Below are positions 19,145 to 27,369 of a stretch of DNA of 64,000 nucleotides, piece by piece (the first letter of the stretch is position 1; each line of letters opens with the position of its first letter). This stretch comes from an uncultured Gammaproteobacteria bacterium (lineage in GTDB: Bacteria; Patescibacteriota; Microgenomatia; UBA8517), in assembly GCA_964489145.1 (NCBI GenBank), contig CAZAXL010000001.1, positions 52,910 to 116,909 of the forward strand. The letters are read 5' to 3'. The notes under the pieces were generated by a model, which was given only the letters and a program-made list of their open reading frames with translations, was not told the origin of the DNA and did not search any database. A program made the position numbers and the translations under genes.

Positions 19145-20194
19145 TTATGCCCGATAGCCTAAAAGCGCGGACTTAACCAAAACACAGACCGCGTCCTGCT
19201 CCCTTTTGGTAATTTGAATTCCAAGCGGCAAGTAAATTATTTTTTGTTTCCTGGACCAACCCGAATCATTCAACTCAAACCTGACAAAAAGACCGTTTGT
19301 TCTTAAAAACTTTAAAATCCAGCCGGCATATTCTTTGCCTAAAATTACGGGATAAGCGCGCAGGTTGGCCTTGTCTTTACTGGAAAGGTTTATTCTTACT
19401 GGGAAAAATTTTCCCAGTTCTTTTTCGTAATAGATAGCTTGACGTTTTTTAATGTCATGAACTTTTCCGATATTTATTCTGGAACTTAAAAGGTTTGGCA
19501 GGAAAGGTCCCCGCGCTGGCAGCATTGAATCCCCTATTGTGGAATACCCCTTTAGCATTAATCCTTCTGCGATTCGACCAAATCTTAACGACCAGGAGAG
19601 GACCATTAAAGCCCAAAGCAGACTAACTTTGATTGAATAAAAAAACGATTGGTAAAAAGGCGGCACCGAAAAATTCAAATCTTCAACTCTTCCGTAAATA
19701 TTCGATCCCTGTAGGGGAACCACCTTTCTCAGACTATCGATAATAAAATGGTCTTTTTTAAAAATTTTAATTTCTTCGGGATCGACAATTCTATGAACAG
19801 AGTCCTCTATCAGGATTGAGCTTCCAGTTATTTTTTTAAGCCACTTTGGGTCGTCCACCAAGTTGCTTTTTATCCCGACAGGATGAAATATTACGATCAC
19901 ACTTGGCTTAATCTGGTCGATTTTTGACTTAAAGGATTTTTTGTCTGCCGTCAGGTTAGTATTGATCTTGTAGTAAACCGGCTTGTAGCCATGAAGCCTG
20001 ATGTTATTCTCAACGTCGCCGCAAAAAAAATCGGGAAGTAAAACAAATGATCCTTTGGGTACTTGTTTCTTGAGTAGAATATCCCAGAAAGCATCCTCCC
20101 AGGAAAGATAGAACAAACGTTTAATGCCTTCGGCAAGTTTATTCTTTTTAAATTTAAAATAACGTAAACTTAGGATTGGCTGCGTTGATGTCAT
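19145..20194 (-). CDS. Divergent DegT/DnrJ/EryC1/StrS-like (fold-type I PLP aminotransferase-like) protein inserted between murI and murD. Function unknown; it may be catalytically degenerate.
   Basis: 349 aa. The segment order mirrors the DegT family: GSFVLLPDFFCGD...GYKPVYYKI (compare GDeVivPsfTF...GAkPVFvD), IKPSVIVIFHPVG (compare tkAIipVHlyG), SSILIEDSVHRI (compare viEDaAqa), then KDHFIIDSLRKVVPLQGSNIYG (candidate Lys region). Identity is low. Confidence 0.35.
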   Translation of the reverse strand: MTSTQPILSLRYFKFKKNKLAEGIKRLFYLSWEDAFWDILLKKQVPKGSFVLLPDFFCGDVENNIRLHGYKPVYYKINTNLTADKKSFKSKIDQIKPSVIVIFHPVGIKSNLVDDPKWLKKITGSSILIEDSVHRIVDPEEIKIFKKDHFIIDSLRKVVPLQGSNIYGRVEDLNFSVPPFYQSFFYSIKVSLLWALMVLSWSLRFGRIAEGLMLKGYSTIGDSMLPARGPFLPNLLSSRINIGKVHDIKKRQAIYYEKELGKFFPVRINLSSKDKANLRAYPVILGKEYAGWILKFLRTNGLFVRFELNDSGWSRKQKIIYLPLGIQITKREQDAVCVLVKSALLGYRA

Positions 20195-20203
20195 GAATGG
20201 AGA

Positions 20204-21451
20204 TTATACAGCTGAACCTCTGAGTTTTAAAACTGAATTTTTGAACTGATTTCCTCTGTCTTTATAGTCTTTGAACATATCAAAACTGGCTGCTGCCGGC
20301 GACAGGATTACAATACCGCCTCTGGGGGTTGTCTCAAAAGCTTTCTTGACAATTTCCTCCATCGATGAATATCCCATGTTAATTACATTGCCTTGAAAGG
20401 TGTAACCCTTAAGGGTGTCGGCAATTTTATTTCCGACGTCGCCAATCAAAATAAGATTTTTGATGTTTTCTTTTTTCTCTATCTCGCGCATTAATTCCTG
20501 ATAATCCAACCCTTTATCGCTTCCGCCAAGAATCAGGGTTTCAGGTTCGGTAAACGAGTTTATCGCCGCAATTGTCGGCTGGGGGCCGGTTGCAAAAGAA
20601 TCGTTGTAAAAGGCTATTCCTTCTATCGTGTCAACCAACTCAAGTCTGTGTTCCAACCCTTTAAAAGACCTCACAGTTTCCAGAATCGTCTCCTCGTCAA
20701 TACCGACAATTTTTGTGGCAGCAACGGCAGCGGCAATATTTTCCAGATTATGCTCACCACGAAGAAGCAGATTCTCTTTGTATTTCTGTTCAAGCTCGGT
20801 CTTTGAGAAAAAAACTGTTTTTCCTTTTGCAGCTTCTACAAAACTTTTTGATGTTTCATATTCTTCATTTAATATTGCGAAATCGTCGGGACTCTGGTGA
20901 CTCACGATATTTTTCTTGGCCTCTATATATTCTTCTTTACTCTTATGCCAATCCATATGATCAAGGGTGATATTTAAAACTACCGCAATATGCGGACTTT
21001 TGGTTAAATCGATTAACTGAAAAGAAGAAAGCTCCATTATTACAAAACTGTTTTTTGTGAGTTTTGGAAGAAGTTCCAAATAAGGTTTCCCAATATTCCC
21101 TACCAGATAAACGTCTTTTCCGGCATTCTTAAGAATTTCATAAATCAAAGTTGAAGTTGTTCCTTTTCCCTTTGTTCCGGTTACGCCGATAATATTTCCC
21201 GGACAATTATCAAAAAATATTTTTAAAGAGGATGTTATTTTAACCCCGTTTTCTTCGGCTTTTACAATTTCGGGCAGATATCTGTAAACACCCGGAGAAC
21301 GGACAACAATATTAAAGTCATCCAGGTTTTTAAGATAATTTTCATCAAATTTCTTATCTAAAATAGTGACTTCGTCTCCAAGATCCTTGAAGTACTTTTC
21401 TGCATCCTGACCTTCAAGACCATATCCCAAAATTGCAATTTTATTATTCAT
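20204..21451 (-). CDS. murD: UDP-MurNAc-L-Ala--D-Glu ligase MurD
   Basis: GVTGTKGKGTTSTL P-loop and Mur ligase fold. Confidence 0.9.
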   Translation of the reverse strand: MNNKIAILGYGLEGQDAEKYFKDLGDEVTILDKKFDENYLKNLDDFNIVVRSPGVYRYLPEIVKAEENGVKITSSLKIFFDNCPGNIIGVTGTKGKGTTSTLIYEILKNAGKDVYLVGNIGKPYLELLPKLTKNSFVIMELSSFQLIDLTKSPHIAVVLNITLDHMDWHKSKEEYIEAKKNIVSHQSPDDFAILNEEYETSKSFVEAAKGKTVFFSKTELEQKYKENLLLRGEHNLENIAAAVAATKIVGIDEETILETVRSFKGLEHRLELVDTIEGIAFYNDSFATGPQPTIAAINSFTEPETLILGGSDKGLDYQELMREIEKKENIKNLILIGDVGNKIADTLKGYTFQGNVINMGYSSMEEIVKKAFETTPRGGIVILSPAAASFDMFKDYKDRGNQFKNSVLKLRGSAV

Positions 21452-21478
21452 AAATTATGGTGCATTAATGCGCTGTAG

Positions 21479-22531
21479 TTAAAAATTGACCAACTGAACT
21501 TCTCTCTCAAGCTTAACTCCGAATTTCTCGGAAACATCCTTTATTATCGTCTCCGAAAGTTTATAGACATCCTCGGCAGATGCATGTCCGCTTTTGTTTA
21601 TCAAAATAAGCGCGTGTTTGGACGAAACCGCAACCCCGTCTTCGCTTTTTCCTTTCCATCCGGCTCTTTCTATCAGCCAGGCAGCAGAAACTTTATACAT
21701 ATTTTTAAACGGAAAGATTTTTGCATCGGCAAACTTTTCTTCAATTTTGACTTTCTCATCGACATCTATCACGGGATTTTTAAAAAACGATCCAGCATTG
21801 CCAACCTCTTTTGGATCCTCCAATTTTTCCTTTCTGGTTTTTAAAACCGCTTCCCTAACCTCTTGCAGTGTTGCTCCCTCGCCGACAGAATTTTTCAACG
21901 ACTCGTATCTTATATTTGGTTTCCCGTCTTTACTTAATTTGAAAGTTACACTGATAATCAAATATTTCTGCCAGTTTTCTTTATCCTTAAAAACACTTTC
22001 CCTGTAGCCGAATTTGCAGTCCTCTTTAGTAAAAGTTTGATGCTCTTCATTGTTGATATCATAGGCCTCCAGCTTGTAAAAAGTGTCCGACACTTCCTGC
22101 CCATAAGCGCCCATATTTTGAATCGGAGCTGCCCCTACTGTCCCGGGAACTCCCGAAAGGCATTCCAGTCCCTGAAGGTTTCTTTTTACGGTTTCTTCAA
22201 CCAATTTATCCCAATTAAATCCCGCCCCCGCCGTTACAAAAACCTCAGAATCTTGAACTTCGAACTTTAAACCATCGCCTGTATATTTAATTACCAGGCC
22301 CTCATACTTCTTGTCGCTGGCCAAAAAATCGCTTCCGTCACCGACTATAAAAATCGGCAGGTTGTTGGTTTTTGCAAACCGAATTATCTCTCTCATCTCG
22401 CCCTCACTTTTTACTTCAACATAATATTTTATCTTCCCGCCGATGCGAAAAGTTGTTAAATCTTTAAATTTTTTGTCTTCAATTATTTTCATAGAACTAA
22501 TTATATCAACTCGGCAATTTCCCTGGCCCAT
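21479..22531 (-). CDS. murB: UDP-N-acetylenolpyruvoylglucosamine reductase MurB. The alternative start at ATG 22490-22492 (MKIIEDKK...) would avoid the 31-nt overlap with murC.
   Basis: FAD-binding PCMH N-domain TTFRIGGK, plus the C-terminal MurB domain. Confidence 0.85.
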   Translation of the reverse strand: MGQGNCRVDIISSMKIIEDKKFKDLTTFRIGGKIKYYVEVKSEGEMREIIRFAKTNNLPIFIVGDGSDFLASDKKYEGLVIKYTGDGLKFEVQDSEVFVTAGAGFNWDKLVEETVKRNLQGLECLSGVPGTVGAAPIQNMGAYGQEVSDTFYKLEAYDINNEEHQTFTKEDCKFGYRESVFKDKENWQKYLIISVTFKLSKDGKPNIRYESLKNSVGEGATLQEVREAVLKTRKEKLEDPKEVGNAGSFFKNPVIDVDEKVKIEEKFADAKIFPFKNMYKVSAAWLIERAGWKGKSEDGVAVSSKHALILINKSGHASAEDVYKLSETIIKDVSEKFGVKLEREVQLVNF

Positions 22532-23709
22532 AAATAGCTTTTTCCTGCTCCCATTACCAAAATAACATCTCCCTGTTTAACTTCTTCCGATAACATTTTC
22601 TTAATTTTTTCAAAAGAATTAATCCCAATCGCGTTTTTGTTGCCGGTGGCACGGGCAACATCTTCCGGAGTTATCCCAAAAGTTTCACTGTCACGGGCTT
22701 TAAAAATCGGTCCAACTATAATTTTATCCGCCGCATTAAAAACTCCATCATATTTCGGAAGAAGTGTGTGGGTCCGCGCAAACCCGTGCGGTTCATCAAT
22801 TACCCAAATTCTTGATTCGGGAAATTCTTTTCTTAAACCTTCAATCGTTGTTTTTATGGCTGTCGGATGGTGAGCATAATCATCAAAAATCTTTACGCCA
22901 CCGCGATCCGCGATAAGCTCCATTCTCCTCCCGATTCCGGAAAAGCTCTCTAGGGATTTAACAATGGTCTCTTCGGCTATTCCCAACTTTTTACCCAAAA
23001 CATAAACCAAGTTTGCATTCTTTTGATTGTGTTCTCCAAAAATTTTTAAATTAAACTTTTCCCCAGGATTGTCTTTTTCCGTAATTAAAATTTTTTCTCC
23101 TTTAAGATTATTCACAAATTTTCTGAAAGCTTCCCGCACTTCCTCTTCGTTTTTGAAAAAATCGGGGTGGTCAAACTCAATATTGTTAATCACAATTATG
23201 TCGGGATGGTAATTTAGGAAATTATTATTAAATTCGTCTGCCTCGATTACAAAATATTCTCCTTTGCCGAACCTTGCATTTGCCTCCCATTCCGGTATTT
23301 TTGCGCCGACAACAACTGAGGGATCCAAACCTGCATCAACTAAAAGCTTACCTACCATTGCTGTTGTTGTGGACTTGCCGTGGGTGCCCGCAATGCAAAT
23401 TACTTTCTTACCCTCGGTTAAATATTTTCCGAGAAACTCCTGCCAAGTCATTACGATTTTTCTTTTTTCCGCCTCGACAAGCTCCGGATTTTCTTTATTT
23501 TGATAATAAATTGCAGGCGAAACTATAAGAAAGTCTATTCCTTCCAGGTGGTTTGGATCGTGTCCTTTAAAAAAATTCTTAGCATATGCGGTCTGCTCCT
23601 CCAGGTCACAGCCCGTAACCTCATAGCCCATTTTGGAGGCAAGGAGGGCGATGGCCGACATTCCACTCCCGCCGATTCCCATCATGTGGATCTTTTTTAA
23701 TTTATTCAT
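22501..23709 (-). CDS. murC: UDP-MurNAc--L-Ala ligase MurC
   Basis: N-terminal MMGIGGSGMSAIA Rossmann region, P-loop IAGTHGKSTTTAM. 8-nt overlap with the murE-fusion gene. Confidence 0.9.
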   Translation of the reverse strand: MNKLKKIHMMGIGGSGMSAIALLASKMGYEVTGCDLEEQTAYAKNFFKGHDPNHLEGIDFLIVSPAIYYQNKENPELVEAEKRKIVMTWQEFLGKYLTEGKKVICIAGTHGKSTTTAMVGKLLVDAGLDPSVVVGAKIPEWEANARFGKGEYFVIEADEFNNNFLNYHPDIIVINNIEFDHPDFFKNEEEVREAFRKFVNNLKGEKILITEKDNPGEKFNLKIFGEHNQKNANLVYVLGKKLGIAEETIVKSLESFSGIGRRMELIADRGGVKIFDDYAHHPTAIKTTIEGLRKEFPESRIWVIDEPHGFARTHTLLPKYDGVFNAADKIIVGPIFKARDSETFGITPEDVARATGNKNAIGINSFEKIKKMLSEEVKQGDVILVMGAGKSYLWAREIAELI

Positions 23710-25711
23710 TGAAAGTTCCCAATCTTTCTTCCATTTTTATCCTGGCTTTTTCCAATTCCTCAGGAGTATTTATTCCCTGCCATTCACTGTCATCCGGCAA
23801 AGTATAGGTTGCCATCCTCATCCCCTGATCAATTGCCATCTTAATTAAATCTACCAAATAGTATTCGCCCTGCTTGCTCTTTTTGACATTATTAATGTTT
23901 TTGGCAAACCAGCCTTTATCGAAAACATAAAGGCCGTCATTAACCTCTTTAATCTTCTTTTCCTCGGGCGTAGCATCTTTTTCTTCAACAATTTTTGTAA
24001 TAAGACCGTTTTTACCTCTGATAACCCTGCCAAGCCCGGTTGGGTTATTTTTCATAAGTGAGACAAATGTCAGTGCCCTTTGCCTCTCAAGGTGGGTCTT
24101 AATAATTTGCCTGATTGTTTCCGGCTTGTAAAAGGCACTGTCATCTCCGTTTATAACAATCAGTATTTTTGAAGAAGGGGGTATTTTTACAAAACCCGCT
24201 CTGGCCGCATCCGCAGTTCCTCCCTTGGGATTTTTCTGTATAGCAAGATCAATGGCACCTTTAATGTACCTTGCCACCTGATTCCTTTTAAAAGAAATCA
24301 CCGCGGTAACGCTTCCCACTCCTGCGGATCTTAAATTTTCCAATGTGTAGGCAATCATCGGCCGGCCACAAATTTTATGAATAACTTTAGGTAGAGTGGA
24401 TTTCATTCTCGTTCCTTTTCCAGCAGCCAGAATCACGGCAGATATGTCCTTACTTCTGCCCAGAAAGTTTTCAACTATTCCCTTGTCGCTCCAAGGGTGT
24501 TCGTAAGATCCGTATGCCATACTTTTTTCGTGGCCTTTTCCTAAAATTGCGACCGTGTCTTCTTTTTTACAAAGAGAAAGGGCATAGGCAATTGCTTCAC
24601 CACGCTCCGCAATTTTGAAAAAAGTTTTATCTTCTTTGGCGTTTGCACTTCTTGCTCCTTCCGACATTTTTGACAAGATGTCAAAGACATTCTCGCTTCT
24701 CGGATCCTCCGCGGTAAAAACGGAAACGTCGCTTAGCTTTGCCGAAATTTTGCCCATTTTAAATCTTTTTCTTGGGTCTCTTTCCCCTGCACACCCGAAG
24801 ACGGAAATAAGTTTTCCCCGAGTAGTCCCGCGAAGATGGGTCAATACCGCCTCAAGCGAATCCGGAGTATGCGCAAAATCTATAATAATGTTTGCGCCTA
24901 TGTTGTTTTTTATTTCGGCAAGTCTTCCTTCCGGCAGTCTAAAATCTTTAAGCGCTTTCAGGGCACTATTCCGTGAGATGCCAAATTTTTCGACCGCTGA
25001 GATAGCCGCCTCGACATTCAAATTATTGTATTTTCCCGGCAATACATTTATGGAGGTGTCTTTAGGAGAAATAACTTTCCATTTACAGGAATTTATAAAT
25101 GACTTTTTTACCCTTTTATACTCTTTGAAGGTTTTGTGATAATCCAAATGCTCCGGCGCTATATTGGTTAATACCCCAACGTCAAAGTGAACCCCGGCAA
25201 TTCTTTTTTGGTCGATCCCGTGAGAACTGACTTCGACAACTGCATATTCGTCCCCATCATCGACAAATTTCTTTAGGAATTTGTGCAAAGAAATTACATC
25301 AGGAGTTGTAACATGAAGGCCGGGTACTGAAATTGAGGATAAAATTCCAACTCTTTTTCCAAGGGAATTTAAGATGTGATAAATAATGTGCGCGGTCGTG
25401 GTTTTTCCTTTCGTTCCGGTAACCCCGATCACTTTAAGTTTTTCGGAAGGACGGCCAAACCAAACGGACGCAAGCTGCCCCAGGGCTTCACGGCTGTCCG
25501 TAACTTTAAGATAATTCCCGATTTTAATATCCTTTTCGCCCACCACCAGGGAAGCGCCGTTTTTGAAAGCGTCTTCAATGTAGTCGTGGCCGTCACGTCC
25601 GACGCCTCTGACGGCAACAAAAATATAGCCTTTTTCAACCTTTCTCGAGTCGTCGGTCAAACCTTTGTAACCGGAAAGCTTTCCGGTTAATTCCTCAAGA
25701 TTTTTGATCAT
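23702..25711 (-). CDS. murE: Fusion protein: MurE (UDP-MurNAc-dipeptide--diamino acid ligase, aa ~1-425) plus a C-terminal GlmU-type GlcNAc-1-P uridyltransferase domain (aa ~430-669). The GlmU LbH acetyltransferase domain is absent.
   Basis: N-part: Mur ligase P-loop VIGVTGTKGKTTTAHI and MurE organisation. C-part: ILAAGKGTRMKSTLPKVIHKICGRPMI, GLGRVIRGKNGLITKIVEEKDATPEEKKIKEVNDGLYVF and KQGEYYLVDLI align motif-for-motif with E. coli GlmU residues 1-230 (LAAGKGTRM, GYGRI..ENG.V..IVE.KDAT.EQ..I.EIN.G, AQGEYYITDII). Confidence 0.85.
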   Translation of the reverse strand: MIKNLEELTGKLSGYKGLTDDSRKVEKGYIFVAVRGVGRDGHDYIEDAFKNGASLVVGEKDIKIGNYLKVTDSREALGQLASVWFGRPSEKLKVIGVTGTKGKTTTAHIIYHILNSLGKRVGILSSISVPGLHVTTPDVISLHKFLKKFVDDGDEYAVVEVSSHGIDQKRIAGVHFDVGVLTNIAPEHLDYHKTFKEYKRVKKSFINSCKWKVISPKDTSINVLPGKYNNLNVEAAISAVEKFGISRNSALKALKDFRLPEGRLAEIKNNIGANIIIDFAHTPDSLEAVLTHLRGTTRGKLISVFGCAGERDPRKRFKMGKISAKLSDVSVFTAEDPRSENVFDILSKMSEGARSANAKEDKTFFKIAERGEAIAYALSLCKKEDTVAILGKGHEKSMAYGSYEHPWSDKGIVENFLGRSKDISAVILAAGKGTRMKSTLPKVIHKICGRPMIAYTLENLRSAGVGSVTAVISFKRNQVARYIKGAIDLAIQKNPKGGTADAARAGFVKIPPSSKILIVINGDDSAFYKPETIRQIIKTHLERQRALTFVSLMKNNPTGLGRVIRGKNGLITKIVEEKDATPEEKKIKEVNDGLYVFDKGWFAKNINNVKKSKQGEYYLVDLIKMAIDQGMRMATYTLPDDSEWQGINTPEELEKARIKMEERLGTFNE

Positions 25712-25774
25712 CTGTGGTATATTATATCAGCAATCGAGCCCGACTCCAATTGAGGCGAGGGCAGAATTATAACA

Positions 25775-26947
25775 ATGAGGGAACCCAAAAGAGTTTATCT
25801 GATCGATTTTGACAACACCCTTTTTGATACCGATGCCCTAAAAAGATCCATCTCCGAAAATTTCAAAAAAAGATTTAGCGATAAAAACTTATCCCTGTTT
25901 TGGAAAACTTACGCCGAATCAATTAAAGCTTTGAGGTATGTTGATATTAAAGAAATTTCCAAAGATTTACACAAAAAGTTCGGGGACGGTTCGGTAGAAG
26001 ATTTTGAGGACTTGTTTTTGAAAGCAGAGTTTAAAAAATTCGTTTTCAAGCACTCGGACAAACTAATAAAAACATTGAAAGATCGAGGGAAAGTAATTCT
26101 CTACTCCCTGGGTGATGCCCATTATCAACCCACCAAAATAAAAGGGAGCGGAATCGAAAAATTAATAGGCAAAAGCAATATTGTAATTCTGAAAAATAAA
26201 AAAACCGCAATCGGGGGTACAATTCTGAAATTCAAAGCGTCCGGCTATAACCAAATAATAATGGTGGATGATAGAGCCGATTTTCTGGAAAAAGCTAAAA
26301 GAGTTGATCCGGGCTGCATTACTGTCTGGTTCAGGTTTGGAAAATATAAGAATATTCTGCCAAAGGATAAAATGTCGATTGATTACGAAACGGATTCTTC
26401 CGAAAATCTTATTCATTATCTGAAAAATTTCGTAGGCATCTTGTCTCAAAGGAATATAAAAGAAAATATTTCTATATTAAGAGAAATTTCCAAGCCCCAA
26501 ATTGAACAACTAATTCACTCAACCGGCAAAGACAAATTGATCAAAAAATTTACACATGACAGGGAACGTTTCAGCTCATTCAAGGCCTTTATTTCCTGGA
26601 AAAAGCGTGGAAAAAAAATTTATGTAATGGTCGGGCGTAGAAATAAACTCCTCGGAATAATTTGGTTTAGCAGCAAAGCCGCACCGGCGAGTGTTTCCAA
26701 AGTTTTAAAGACATCTAATTGTGGCTACACTTTTGCGATAAGAAATTATCCTCCGGCCCGCCGCAAAGGACTTTCATCAAAATTTATGTATATTGTTTTT
26801 AAAGATTTTTGTGTATCCAATGAAAAAGGGGTCTGGCTTAGCACGGCGAAAGATAACATCCCTGCGAACAAACTTTATATAAACTACGGATTTAAGAAAA
26901 TTGCGGACTTGAAAGAAAACCGAATTATTTACACTTTTAGGGGTTAA
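25775..26947 (+). CDS. Two-domain protein: N-terminal HAD-superfamily hydrolase/phosphomutase-like domain fused to a C-terminal GNAT-fold acetyltransferase domain. It is the only plus-strand gene inside the dcw block, divergent from the murE-glmU fusion.
   Basis: HAD motif I LIDFDNTLFDT (DxDxT), motif II S in YSLGD, motif IV MVDDRADF. The C-terminal ~150 aa have GNAT-like beta-strand pattern and terminal ANKLYINYGFKKI. Confidence 0.55.
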   Translation: MREPKRVYLIDFDNTLFDTDALKRSISENFKKRFSDKNLSLFWKTYAESIKALRYVDIKEISKDLHKKFGDGSVEDFEDLFLKAEFKKFVFKHSDKLIKTLKDRGKVILYSLGDAHYQPTKIKGSGIEKLIGKSNIVILKNKKTAIGGTILKFKASGYNQIIMVDDRADFLEKAKRVDPGCITVWFRFGKYKNILPKDKMSIDYETDSSENLIHYLKNFVGILSQRNIKENISILREISKPQIEQLIHSTGKDKLIKKFTHDRERFSSFKAFISWKKRGKKIYVMVGRRNKLLGIIWFSSKAAPASVSKVLKTSNCGYTFAIRNYPPARRKGLSSKFMYIVFKDFCVSNEKGVWLSTAKDNIPANKLYINYGFKKIADLKENRIIYTFRG

Positions 26948-26965
26948 CCTCTTTTTCGAAAAAAA

Positions 26966-27289
26966 CTAAATTATCTCTGGAGTTACCTTCATTGCCGTAA
27001 ATGTTGGAGGAGCAGTTTTAGGATCTCCAATATACTCCGGGAATCCTGGAGCGGCTACAGCGTTTACCAGAATTTTTTCATCACCTTGGGCAATTAAAAG
27101 CGAATAGTGTACGCCATACCCTGCGCGAGGTTCCGGATAAACTAAAACTTCCGCTTTAGCTTCGGGGAATTTGTCTTTTACTTCTTTCCCTATTTTTGAC
27201 GTAGAATTACGGCAATTGTTTAGACCCGTCAAAGAATCGTTCTCCTGAAGAAGGCTTCTAATAAACTCACCCATGTTTTCCGTAGACAT
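26966..27289 (-). CDS. Hypothetical protein (107 aa)
   Basis: ORF in a clean gap between glmS and the HAD-GNAT gene. No recognisable motif. AT-rich upstream region with a 10-bp direct repeat TATATACT[A/G]T x2 (27321-27340). Confidence 0.35.
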   Translation of the reverse strand: MSTENMGEFIRSLLQENDSLTGLNNCRNSTSKIGKEVKDKFPEAKAEVLVYPEPRAGYGVHYSLLIAQGDEKILVNAVAAPGFPEYIGDPKTAPPTFTAMKVTPEII

Positions 27290-27369
27290 AATATTAATTA
27301 TAGCTTATAACTATAAACTATATATACTATTATATACTGTATATGCAAGCTCTGCCCAGTTTTGGCAAG

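Noticed and set aside
26952-26963. Perfect palindrome TTTTTCGAAAAA between convergent HAD-GNAT and 107-aa genes
   Set aside because: It is entirely A/T stem with a 4-nt core, so it is too weak to call a bidirectional terminator. It could be coincidental in an AT-rich spacer.
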